NCBI GenBank assembly: GCA_030264375.1
Contig: JASCQW010000105.1
Coordinates: 46,828,594 to 46,892,593, forward strand
Reading direction: 5' to 3'
DNA: 64,000 nucleotides
Source of the DNA: Carcharhinus longimanus
Lineage: Eukaryota
How positions within the stretch are numbered: position 1 is the first letter of the stretch; every line of letters starts with the position of its first letter. The translations under genes were made by a program, and so were the position numbers. Positions 25,283 to 37,320 of the stretch are shown in pieces. The notes under the pieces are model-generated. The model did no database searches, was not told where the DNA came from, and saw only the letters and a program-made list of their open reading frames with translations.

Positions 25283-28200
25283 CGTCATGTAAGCGCAGGA
25301 ATGGCTAATTTTTTGCGCGCTCTGGTGCTACTAATCTTTTACTCCTTTCTTTGTCTTGGCGCATGACTTGTAATTAGTTGATCTTGGTATATAGTATCTG
25401 TGCAATGTTTTTGTAAAATCCTGGTTAACCTTTTTAACTGTGTGGAACCAAATTAAGTCAAAGAAATGTATGTAAGATGTGGTCAGAGCTGGCTTGGGTG
25501 GGACCCGGTTCACAGTGGCAGCAGCATTGGTGAACAGGTCCATGCTCAGGAGGTGAGGTTGGTGCAAGATGAAGACCACCATTTCTGTGGAAGACATACT
25601 CCAGCAGAGATTGAGTGCTCACCATGATGAACTGTGAGATATCCTGCAGCGAATGAATGATGCGGAGATGATAATTCTTTCAATCGAGAAGGAGGTTTCC
25701 TTGATGAAGGCTCACATTTGGCCCTTGGAATCCTGCTGCAAAGTATGGCGAACATCCCATTTAAGTCGAGGGGACATAGCTGGAAGAAGACCTCCCATGA
25801 ACTAGCCCCCCTGGGATGGTTTCCAGATGTTTTGAGAACTGGCTGCTGTGATCTCATAATCTCAATGAGGGCTGGGCGTGTTGATTTGACGGAACGCATT
25901 CCTTCTGGTTCTCAAGGTCTGGAATTGACTGGAGCTGACTGCTGGTCTTGCGATGTCTTGACCTCAATGTTTGTAGCGAGAGGTTGCAGATGGCTGGATA
26001 AGACAGCTGTTCCCTGCCTGCTAAGGGCTCGGCTCCTGCTCATCTGAGCTCTGAGATGATGGAGACATGGAGACTTCAGTGAAATTGTGGATGTTCCTAG
26101 AGTAAACAGAGGTCAGCTATTTACTATGATAGAGACACACAGGACAAGGGGCCATGNNNNNNNNNNNNNNNNNNNNNNNNNNNNNNNNNNNNNNNNNNNN
26201 NNNNNNNNNNNNNNNNNNNNNNNNNNNNNNNNNNNNNNNNNNNNNNNNNNNNNNNNTGTTAAGATGGCGGCGCGGGCTCGTTGGGCCGAAGGGCCTGTTT
26301 CCCGGGCTGTTTTTGTTCTTTGTTCTTTGTTCCTCAATGTTCCACTCATGGCTTTGTCCTTTTCTAGCTCACGGATGGCTTGGAATTGTGCAGTTCATCA
26401 TTAGTACTGAATTTTGTTCTCTTATGATTATAATCCTGATTATGTGATGTTGCCTGTTATCCTGATAAAGGCATGTGTTGAGCACAGAGCCTTGGGATTT
26501 TTCCTACTCCCTTGCCTATCATCCTGTAAATTCAGAATTGCTATCTTTTATATCCTTTCTGGTAGTTTTTTTTCAAGAAAGTTGCATCAATGGGAAGGAG
26601 AGGGAGCCTTGGTTTTCTGTCTATGGGCCCTCTACTTTAGCCTTTCTTGTTGGGAGCTCTCTGACCGGATTGTATGTCTTAAAGGTCATACAATACACAT
26701 TTAACTGAATCTCTTTTATATGCTGTAATCCTTGCATTTGTACAGAAGGAGTACTTTTTTTTGTAATACCCTTCACTTTAGTTATAGAAAAGATGGGTAG
26801 TGCCACAGCAGGGTGGTGGTGAATGGATAGATGTTGCAATGGTTGCTATGGCCTTAAGCCCTTGTTTTAGGTGAGAAAGACCCTCCACCAGAACTATTGA
26901 TGTTGTGTTTTTCTTCTGGGTTAGAAAATTCAACAGTGGTGCAGATGAATTGAATATCTTGGAGTGGACTGGAGTTCTTTGCCTTGTCGTTGGCTCTTCT
27001 GGTTGGTGGGAATGGGGCAGAGATTTGTGGTGGCGTTGTACACCCAAGTATGGTTGCCATGTGTTTAAATTTTGAGCAAGTCTGAACTGGTCCGCTGAGG
27101 TTGCTTGGCTGGGTTGGTAGGGTTAAGAGTTGATTTTGAATGGAATGGTGGAGTGGAGTGGGGTGAGATGAGGAAAGAGTTGTTTGCCTACCCTGGCATG
27201 CCCCTTGCCCACATCCCCCCACCCCATTCTCAGGTGGGGGGCTCCTCTGGTTTGCTCTTCTTCTGATCTTTCCTGGGCTGTAATATCTTGTTGTTTGCTG
27301 AGTCTGATGGTTGATTTGCAGGCTCAGGCTCTAGTGTTTGCTAAGTCCTTCTTTAAGTGGAATTGGGTTAGGTGAGGTAGAGGGTTCATTTCTTTCTATG
27401 TAATCTTGTATGGAACTTCTAGAGCTGTTTTTGTTTTCCTGAGATCTAGGGTTCTCTGGAGGGTGGTATCCATAGTGTATTGTTGTGGCTGTCTTGGAGG
27501 TCCCTCTCTTTGTGATTTTTTTCTCTTGATATGTGGGTAGATTGTTGTTCATTGAGTGCCGAGTGCAAAGGTATCCTTTTTCTGGCTGGGGGAGGAGCAG
27601 AGCTGAAGCTCCTATCTCTCCCCAAGCTATCTTGAAGGTGCATGTCCTGATGACTTTCTTCCTCTTAGGGGAGGCCCATCAGCAGAAGGTGTCTTTTCCC
27701 TCTCAGTGAATGGAGGTATTGTTGCAATTGAAGAGGAGCAGAGTTTTTGGCTTCTGGGACTATTATCTTTCCAATATAGTCCATGGTCCATTTGCACAAT
27801 GCTGAGATGGGCAATGATAACTCGATGGTTTGAATTGAGGGGTGTGGAGGGTTTTTTAAAATATGTTTAGCACATGGGGAAAGAGCTGGTTCCTCTCCCC
27901 TGCCTTACATGCCTCTTTTTATTTTTGTGGGGTTTGGTTGACTACTTTTTCTCTTATGGCTATAATGACAGGCTTGTTGATAACAACCTGATCATATCTG
28001 CACTGTTCTGGTAGAGCTGTGTTACTCTGCTCTTGTTATCCTGTTTTTTGGACATTCTGTTGTCTGATTGTTCCTAATTTTAAGAGCTGCCCTTGTCTCA
28101 ATGGTACCTTCTGATGCGCCTTGTCCTGAGAAAGGCTCCAGGAGAGATTTGGCTGGTAGCGTAGTATTGACGACTTGTTCCATGAAAGGATGTGCATCAC

Positions 28201-29200
28201 AGCGCATGTTTTTGTGGCTTTATCCAATTATACTGAATTCCCACATTCCTCTTCTGCTATTCTTTCAGTAATCATACAAACGAGACACTGGTAATAACGG
28301 CAATGTACCATGATACCTGATTCTGAATTATTTACACTCATCTCATTGTTTTCTTGTCCATGAGCTCAATATAGCAGTGGCAAGGCAAGACAGGGACACG
28401 TGCCTAGCATCTTCACCAAGTCCTTGTCCTCCTCAGGTCATCAAGTGCCTTGCAAGGGAGGGGGAGTATTGACATCCTGTCTTGTGGGCTGCTCTCAGGG
28501 TGGCCTGGGTGGGAACAGCAGTTCCTTAGCACCTTTGCTCGTGACCCCAGTTCTTTGGGTAGCTACAACAGGAGAAGGTATCTCTCAGCATGCTGGCCCT
28601 TCCAGGTTTCAGGCAGCCAGATGAGGGTCACCCAGTCATCTCAGATCATGGGGCAGCCTGAGTGACATCCTGCAACTTCTCCAGCTGAAAATACTGTGGT
28701 TGTATCTCTTTGTAGCATATGTAAGTGTGTTGAGAAAAGACCATAGGTACACTTGGGGTTTGGGTGTTTAAACTTATCATCTGTAAAGCCTTTCGATAGT
28801 AGTGCCAATTCATCAATGTTAGGCTTACTGTTGTTAGTTTTCCATACATTCCTTGCTGCCTTGTCAGATGTCATTTACACCTTGCCCACTCTTTGGGCTG
28901 TTCATGTTTCAGCAGGGTGCCTTTAATCTGCACCTCAGCTTTGTCAGCGTATACTGTGAACATGGGCACAAGGCGATGAAACATGAGATGAATGAGGCCA
29001 CAGTTGAATTGTGTGTTCTTATTGCACTGATTTTGAAAGGGTATCAGAGTCTCAGGGAGTGGGTAGTTATGACATTATCCCTAGCTTCCCTCGTGCTTCT
29101 CTCAATTCTCCTCGTCTCTGGTGCGCGAGTTTGCTTATCCTGTGTCATCTGCAATCCCTTTGTTTATATTTTTTGTAATTTTTTTAAGGCAAAGAAACAA
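25283..29200 (+). mobile_element. Highly decayed near full-length L1-clade LINE
   Basis: CpG-containing 5' end; coiled-coil ORF1 (LQQRLSAHHDEL*DILQRMNDAEMIILSIEKEV, FSRCFENWL); weak endonuclease-like segment at ~26.9 kb; RT-like GKARQGHVPS (GTRQGCPLSP) at ~28380; T-rich 3' end. CR1 insert at ~26085-26330. Confidence 0.55.
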
Positions 29201-29929
29201 TTTGAACTGAGTTTGGATTAACTCTAGCAAAGGCACAGTGGGCTAAATACCTTCTTCTGTGCTTCTATGGTTATGTGCTTAAAAACTTGTGGTGCAATGC
29301 CATTTGTACGAAGATTCATCCTTCAAAACCTTCAATTAAATAGAATTAAGAATGAAGTGATTTTTAGTAATACCGGTGTTTGAGAACGATGACACAACAT
29401 GTGACAAAACAAAGCTTCTAATTTTAAGAAAACAATCATGATTGTTTAATTTATTTGCATTACATTCCTGTCTGCACTGTCACATTAGCTTATTTGAAAT
29501 AAACAAGATAATGACAGCATTAAAACTGTGCTGACAGCAATGCACTGTACATGATTAACCAGTATTAAAAATATTGAAGAGTGCAAGCTAAACCATTTTT
29601 TAAGTAGACTAAAAATTTTTGTTTTAATTTTTACTCTATTCTGAAAAGTTATAAAGCCAATGTTACTTGCTCCAAAAACCAAATTCAAATTATTTCCAAT
29701 TCATGGTCCCTATAAGAGAAAAAAAACAAGATCCAAGCTGACAAGATAAGGCATTGCGGCCCATCTTGGTCTCAGCGAAAAGGCTGAAAGACGATAATAA
29801 AATTACTTTGTGACATAATCCCGTTGGTTTAAGAAAACCAAATGTACTCAAAAATTCTCAGGCCAAAGCTGAGATAGTCTGCACTAATTACTGTTTTTTC
29901 TCTACAAAAATTAATGTTTAACTCATTAT

Positions 29930-30480
29930 TATGCATAGGTGCAATTTTGGTCCCCTTATTTGAGAAAGGATATACTGGCTTTGGAGGGAGTGTAGAGATG
30001 ATTCACCAGGTTGATACCGGAGATGAGGGGGTTGGCTTATGAGGATAGATTGAGTAGACTGGGCCTGTACTCATTGAAGTTTAGAAGGCTGAGGGGAGAT
30101 ATTATAGAGACATATAAGATTATGAAGGGGCCAGACAGGGTAGAAGCAGAGAGATTATTTCCACTTAGAATGGAAACAAGAACTAGAGGGCAGAGCCTCA
30201 AAATAAGAGGAANNNNNNNNNNNNNNNNNNNNNNNNNNNNNNNNNNNNNNNNNNNNNNNNNNNNNNNNNNNNNNNNNNNNNNNNNNNNNNNNNNNNNNNN
30301 NNNNNNNNNNNNNNNNNNNNNNNNNNNNNNNNNNCCACTGACCTCAGGCTGTTGGGAGGCCTATAGTACACCCCTAGCAGTGTAATCTCTCCCTTCTTAT
30401 TCCTCAACTCCTCTACAGGAGATGTCAGGGATAGTCTTTTAGATAGTCTACTCCTGCTCCTAATTCTTGTGTTCTTATGT
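29930..30480 (+). mobile_element. CR1 LINE 3' fragment(s) around an N-gap
   Basis: MIPEMRGLAYEDRLSRLGLYSLKFRRLRGDIIETYKIM; a short opposite-strand endonuclease piece (LLGVYYRPP) follows the gap. Confidence 0.9.
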
Positions 30481-30911
30481 TTAAATCAACAGCAGAATTC
30501 AAAACTGATTTAGAAAACCACACTAAAACATAATACAACAACAGTGCTAAATTTGAAGATTATATTTTAATATGGTTGTGCTTTGATTCAGTTTGGCAAT
30601 CTGATAGTCAGATTATAGTCAGTCTATAAAAACATTTTGAAGTTGACTCTTTTTCTCTGCTATCCATCTTAAGAATTAATGGATTCATTTAACAATACAA
30701 GGCATTTCATCCCCTTCATTCTATTGACTGCAATTTCCAGGTTCTAGATATCCTGATCTCTCCATTTGAACTTTCAAATTTCAGCTAAATTTAATATCCA
30801 AGCTGTTTTTTACTCTCTCCTGCAACCAGTGGCACACTTTCAAATGAAAAGGAGTACAACCTAAACTTCCCTTTCTGTGAATTTAGCTATTAGATTAACA
30901 GGAGTGATACG

Positions 30912-31445
30912 TAGAACATAGAACACTACAGCCTAAACAGGCCCTCCAGCCCACAAGTTGCGCTGATCATATCCCAACCTACTAGGCCTATCTATAACCC
31001 TCAATCCCATTAAATCCTATGTACTCATCCAGAAGTCTCTTAAAAGACCCGAACGAGTTCACTTCCACCACCACCGACAGCAGCCGATTCCACTCGCCCA
31101 CCACCCTCTGAGTGGAAAAACTTATCCCTGACATCTCCTCTGTACCTACTCCCCCGCACCTTAAACCTGTGTCCTCTCATAGCGACCATTTCAGCCTTGG
31201 GAAATAGCCTCTGAAAATCCACCCAATCTATACCTCTCAACATCTTATAAACCTCTATCAGGTCACCTCTCATCTTTCATCTCTCCAGGGAGAACCTACC
31301 CTCATAAGGCATGCCGCCCAATCCAGGCAACATCCTTGTAAATCTCCTCCTCACCCTTTCAATAGCTTCCACATCTTTCTTGTAATGAGGTGACCAGGAC
31401 TGCGCACAGTACTCCAAGTAGGGTCTGACAAGGGTCTTATAACCG
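30912..31445 (-). mobile_element. CR1/HER1 LINE 3' end
   Basis: YKTLVRPYLEYCAQSWSPHYKKD..RGDLIEVYKMLRG; TAGAACATAGAAC tail. Confidence 0.93.
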
Positions 31446-32519
31446 TTGTGCAGACTTGTGAAAAGAGTATGAGTCACTCTTGAAATGTTGTTGATCACTT
31501 TCTGTAGTTCGCTGTCAGCCTACTTCTCCTGCTCTTCAATTTTCTTTACCCTTTCTTCAGTACATGATATTTCATGATATTGTGATCAATAGCATAATAA
31601 CTAAGGCTAACCCTGCTTATTAAACTGATGTAATTCAGCAGCAATCAAGAGCAGGAAATGTGATTGTTTTTCCTTTCCATCACAACCACTGTTGTCTCAG
31701 AATGATTGGTGAAAGAGCACAGGCCACAGATAGAACCTGGGATATTCCCATTCTGTAGAATCATTGTTACACACATGGTACATTCAGCCCATGTACCTGA
31801 ATGGACAGTGGGACTTGTTGCCCATGAAAAATAAAATCATTCTTCATGATTCCTCATGCCTTCCATGCCAACCTGAGCCCACTATCCATCCAATTGTCCT
31901 TAGTGCCAATTTAGTGCTAGCTAATGCCAACCCATGCACCCATCCACTACTCTTTGTCCTTGACCCTATTATCCTCCATGGATAGACTTCAAGACCCATG
32001 ATGAGATTACATAAAATAGAGTTCCAGTGATTATTGGAGACTTTGTGAAATAATAAATCCCTTTTAATGAATCCCTTTTTGCTAAATTTATATCCCTTCA
32101 ACTATGTTATCTTTTACAACAACAAACAAATCATTGAATTTCATTATCCCTTGTAAAAAAAAATGTGTTGAAATTCATAGCCCCACTTCAATAAATCCAT
32201 AACCACTTGACACTGTCAATCAAACTATGAAATGACAGGCATCCAATTATATTAACAGATGGCTGTGATATCAGTCATGCAGCACTAATCCAGTATAATA
32301 GACTTAGGCCAGGATGTCTAATGCGGCCCCTGGAATATTTGCTGAAAATGCTGGTAAGATGGGTCAGTGAGTTTGAAGATTTCTGCAGGGGGACTGTTGT
32401 ACTTCTCCAGCATTTGCTGCTGATACTCTTCCACCCACCCCAGCTGATTTAGTGAGTGAGGGTAAGAGTGGGTGCAGGGTGAGATGGGGTGAGGGTGAAG
32501 CAGATAGCTGATTGACTTA

Positions 32520-32521
<2 letters not shown>

Positions 32522-32552
<31 letters not shown>
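32522..32552. repeat. (GT)n microsatellite within a GGGTGAG low-complexity tract (~32445-32770)
   Basis: Directly visible in the sequence. Confidence 0.95.
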
Positions 32553-32556
<4 letters not shown>

Positions 32557-32781
32557 TGGTGCGTATGTGTGCGCGTAGAGAGGGGTGAGTATGTTTGTGG
32601 GTGAGAGGCGTGACTAGATGTGGGTGAGAAAGGAGTGAATGTATGTGTGGGTGACAGAGGGTGACTAGGTGTGGGTGAGGGAAGAGTGAGTATATGAGAG
32701 AAAGAAAGGGAGAAAGTAAAGGAGCGAGTGTGAGGTGAGGGGGATGTTGGGAGGGATGAGAGTGACTCTGGCTCACTCCCA

Positions 32782-32957
32782 GGGCAACATTCTCTGGCCT
32801 CAGCATTTTCCTTGTGGCAGGAAGCAGTGTGCTCTTCAGTGGAAATGGGATCCTCCGGTCCTGCTGCTGTCAATGGGAATTCCCATTAAAGCCACTCCAT
32901 GCTGCCGCGCAACCTGTGACAGGGGCTGTGTCACTGGTGGAACCAGAGAATTATTCC
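32782..32957. mobile_element. MITE, same family as 19329-19531
   Basis: GGGCAACATTCTC..GAGAATTATTCC with central CAATGGGAATTCCCATT. Confidence 0.7.
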
Positions 32958-33679
32958 AGTGTGAATGCCTGCAGAATTTTGGCCCCATTTTCAATGTTCT
33001 CATTCTCCCTTACCCCCATACACCAACATACACTAACACTCACTCTCACGGTGGGTGAGAGTGACTAAGTGAGCACCCTGAGACTGGGCATGAGCTGGAC
33101 ACACATGCTCTCATCTTTCTAATCCAGTGATAATTTTTTAAAACTTACTCTTTAATTATCAATTTATTGTTGTGACTGCTTTTTGGCTCAAAGTTGAATC
33201 TTTTCATATGTCAGCATTTAAAAAAAATGTTCATTGTTGTACTGAACTTAGAAATTAGCTTGTTTGTCCCCTGAGCGTAGGAAAAATTGAAATGTGGGCC
33301 ATATGTAAAAAAGTTGGACAAGTCTGGTCTATGGCTTATGTCAACACAGAGTGAAATAGCAAACAATCATTTTTTTAACAGTTCAGACAACCTTTTCAAA
33401 GAGTTAAAGGGCAGGTCCTCTTGACAGTTTGGCACTTTTAACAGTGCCAATGAGTTTCACAGTTCCAATGGATTGTGCACATTTTGTACACATTTACGTC
33501 TAGTTTTAGTAATTCCAAATGCTCTGGACCTCTCCCAAAGATGTTCCAAGATTATGCCTTTACATCCCCAAAAGGGTACACTAACTGTCCAAACAAATCC
33601 AGGAAATTCATACCTACATATCTACTCCTACCAAATGGACATCGGGGAGTAGGTGGCGGCGGTGGCGTGGTGTCACCAC

Positions 33680-33960
33680 CTAAGAATAAAGGATAAGCCA
33701 TTCAGGACTGAGATGAAGAAGATCTTCTTTATTCAGAGTTGTGAACCTGTGGCATTCTCTACCACAGAAAGCTGTTGGAGCCAGTTCGCTAGATGTATTC
33801 AAGAGGGAGCTGGACGTGGCACTTGTGGCTAAAGGGATCAAGAGATATGGAGAGAAAGTGAGAGTGGAATATTGAACGTACATGATCATCCATGATCATA
33901 CTGGTGGTGCAGGGCTGAATGGCCTAGTCGTGCACCCATTTTCTATGTTTCTATGTTTGC
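33680..33960 (+). mobile_element. CR1 LINE 3' end
   Basis: RVVNLWHSLPQKAV; tail TTCTATGTTTCTATG. Confidence 0.88.
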
Positions 33961-34429
33961 ACTTTATGACTTCCAGCACCACCACCTTTGTAATATGCAC
34001 ACATCTCAAGGCAGCACTATTAGTTGACTTAGAATGACTATATATCAAAATCTATTCATTAAGGGCGTTATCAGAAAGATATAATTGAAAACAGTAAGAA
34101 CTTGAATTTAAACAGCATCTTTAACCTAGAATGGCATTTCTAAGCCTGGAGGGAAAGGGTTTGAAATGCAGTGCGTTTTATACGGCGAGGTAAGGAAGTT
34201 GCAGAGACAATCTGAGAATGCGTTTGTACAGTGTGGGTAATGAATGCACAGATTTTTGGGTGCATTAGGAAATTAAAATTGTCCAGCAGTGGCGGGTTAC
34301 AGTACTTGTTCAGATGGTTTGTTCAGAATTTTTTTGATAACTTAAAATAACCTGCTTGTCACTTTGGTGGAATATTTATGTTAAATTTACATTTGGGAAC
34401 TTCATTTTTACCCAATATGTGCGTTAACA

Positions 34430-34900
34430 GGCAAAATGGTTTCTGGAGAAGAGGATGGACTTGAAGATGATGCAGAGACCCGGTCAGAAGTCAGCACTAC
34501 CACTTTTCCAGGTTTGTGGCCCAAGGGCAGTTCCTCTGCTTATTTTTCCACCCCTCATAATCCTGCGCAGTCCTTTTCAGTTGCTCGTAAGACATTTTCA
34601 ACCTCCATGATCAATGGACTGTTTGATTTGGTGTAAAAGAATGAGGTGGTTTCTATTACCGCCTTCATGCGCACTTAAAGAAAACACAAGTTCTCTTCCC
34701 AAAGGATTCTCCACATGTAAGCAGCTGCCATTCCTCCAGGTCTTAGTTCTTCTGCCATCACCACTGAAAATTTACTGGTTTTGTGGCTGAACCATGGTGC
34801 GTAATCATGAGCATCCTTACTGAAGCCTAGGGCAACCTCCAAAAAAAAGGAAGGGGCGACCATACCTGAAGTCTCAAATGACCCTGTTTTGCTGTTGTAA
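34430..34900 (+). mobile_element. Probable L1 ORF1 remnant
   Basis: KTFSTSMI..FDLV*K region resembles the QDFS..AFDxVKKRL C-terminal domain of L1 ORF1; multiple stops. Confidence 0.35.
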
Positions 34901-34934
34901 ATACGTGTAACGATTGTCGCTAAGTCTTTTTTTG

Positions 34935-36620
34935 TTCATTTATGAGATGTGGATGTCGCTGTCTAGACCCATTAATTGCCCATCCCTAGTTGCCCTTGAG
35001 CAGGTGATGGTGAGCTGCCGCCTTGAACCGCTGCAGTCCCTGAGGTGGAGGTACATATGCACTGCTGTTAGGGAGGGAGTTCCAAGATTTTGACAGTGAC
35101 AGTGAAGGAACTGCAAAATGGTTCCAGGTTGGGGTGGTGAGTGATTTGGAGAGGATCTCCAGGTAGTAATTTTCACAGGTATCTGCTGTTCTTGTCCTAG
35201 GTGGTTGTGGGATTGGAAGGTTCTGCCTTGCTGAGTTCCTGCAGTGCATCTTGTAGATGGTTCATTCATGGCAGGTTTCCTTCCATGAAGGANNNNNNNN
35301 NNNNNNNNNNNNNNNNNNNNNNNNNNNNNNNNNNNNNNNNNNNNNNNNNNNNNNNNNNNNNNNNNNNNNNNNNNNNNNNNNNNNNNNNNNNNGACCAAGA
35401 GATCCTGCCCCAGGTTTCAGGCATATCTCACACCAAATCACAAATGATTGAAGGCGGATGATGATTTTTTTACCCTCGTGAAAATGTTCAGAATTCCAAT
35501 TACATCCTTTACAGAATTCTCTTTCACTTGGGATTTAGGATTTAAGGAGATCTTTAGAAAAAAAAATAAAATATAGGCTTTGTCCCAAAGCACAAGGTTC
35601 ATCACAGCACCATCATTCAAAACAAGATGTGGTTACACACTGCAGATATGTTCCATTGAATTGCTTTGATTGGTCTAACTCATGATGCTTCTACTGCTTG
35701 ACATGCATATAGTCCTATGGTGTAAATTCAGCAGGTTGGGATGCCTCATTTTTAGGCACTGTTCTTTGCATGCTCCCATGTGTTCCTCATTAAACCAATG
35801 CTGATCCTATGTACAATATTAATGGTAAGTTGACAAAAATGCTGGACCATGAGAATACAGGATGTGATTAAATACAATTTTGCTGCTGCTGATGACCCGT
35901 GGCACATTATAGATGGTCAGATTTGAGCTGTGAGATCTGTTTTGAATCTGTCCCATTTTGTACGATTGTGATGCCACATAAACTCAGTGTGAAGATGGAC
36001 TATGTATCTACAAGGTTTGTATAGTTGTCACTACATCAATACTTTCATGCACAGATGCATCCCCAACAGTTAGCATCCTCTGATCATTTGTTGCAAATTC
36101 AGTCTGGGGGACATATTATCTGTGGACTTGATCAGCTTTCTCAGTAGTGGTACTACAGAGCCACTTTTGCTGATGGACAGTGAAGTCCCTGACCCAAAGT
36201 ACATTTTATGCCCTTACCACCCTCTGTGCTTCTTCCAAGCGGTGTTCAACATGGAGGAGTACTTATTCAACAGTTGAATGAGGGTGGTGAATGGTAGCCA
36301 ACAAGTTGTTTCCTTGCGTATGTTTGACTTGATGCCTTGAGACATCAGGAGCCCAGAGTCAATGTTGTGGATTTCCAGGACCACTCTCCCAACTGCACAC
36401 CTCTGCTAGATTCATTAGTTAATTCACCAGGAAGTATCCAGAGCTGGCAATGGAGGTGCCTCGGACATTGGCTGTAAGGTATGATTCATGAGTATGAAGG
36501 TCAGGCTGTTGCTTGACTTGTGTGTGGGTCAAATCTCTAAATTTTGGATTAAGCCCCTGGATATTGATAAGAAGAACTTTGGAGGGACAACTGTGCAGTC
36601 ATTGTTCGTTATAGTGCATA
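34935..36620 (-). mobile_element. CR1-like LINE (second family) fragments
   Basis: 3' tail at 34935-35000 and SKSWNSLPNS..GLQRFKAAAHHHLLKGN; decayed upstream ORF2 at ~35640-36620. Confidence 0.75.
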
Positions 36621-36629
36621 TATGATGCC

Positions 36630-36840
36630 AACTGAATGGCTCTTAAGAGTCAACCATATTGCTGTCAGAATGGAGTCACAGGTAGGCCAGACCAGGTAAG
36701 GATGGCAGATTTCCTTCCTGAAAGGACATTCATAAAATGGATGGGCTTTTACAACAATCTGGTAATTTTATGATAACCATGACTAAGACTAGCTCTTCAT
36801 TCCAATGTTATTCATTAATTGATTTTAAATTACACCAAAT
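36630..36840 (-). mobile_element. Shark SINE, same family as 2895-3240
   Basis: GTAGGCCAGACCAGGTAAGGATGGCAGATTTCCTTCC..GGACATT core. Confidence 0.75.
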
Positions 36841-37214
36841 ATTATGGTGCAGCACAAAAACCGTTCATTTGACCCTAAAGGTCTGTGCCAGTTTAAATGC
36901 TATTAATATGTTTTCTCTCTCTTACTTTGCTTTATTTCACTTAATTAGCATACTGTTCTATTTCTTTCTCACTCACTCATTCATCTAACCTCCACTTAAA
37001 TGAATCAATACTATTCATCCCAACAATTCCTTCTGGTACTAAATTCCATGTTCTAATCACTTTCTGGGTGAAGACATATCTCCTGAATTCTTTAGTGAAT
37101 TTATGAATGACTGTCTTATATTTACAATGCCTTAATTTTGAATTCTAACCTACTGAAGCCTTTCTTGATTTTAGAGGTCATTTATCTCATTATTTCTTGG
37201 GCAGCCTTGCCTGG

Positions 37215-37320
37215 TACATTTGCTATATTACAGTATTAAGTGAAGTTTAGAATTACTTTGGTGGCCATAAAGCGCTTTGTGGCATTATAAGGATGTGAAA
37301 GGCACAACATAAATGAATTC
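37215..37320 (+). mobile_element. Deu-SINE (SacSINE1/AmnSINE1-like) 3' tail
   Basis: TAAAGCGCTTTG..GGATGTGAAAGGCAC..ATAAATG resembles the Deu-SINE tail. Confidence 0.55.

Noticed and set aside
27640-27680. PKRKKV NLS-like peptide on the minus strand, suggesting a viral protein
   Set aside because: Lies in a stop-riddled frame antisense to the L1 remnant.
32318-32873. Longest ORFs in the track (162 aa and 118 aa, His/Pro/Thr-rich)
   Set aside because: Produced by the (GT)n microsatellite and the GGGTGAG low-complexity tract.
34431-34511. 81-bp AG..GT-bounded exon candidate (KMVSGEEDGLEDDAETRSEVSTTTFP)
   Set aside because: Weak acceptor and an unrecognised peptide; the flanking sequence looks like decayed L1 ORF1. 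Not fully excluded without RNA-seq.
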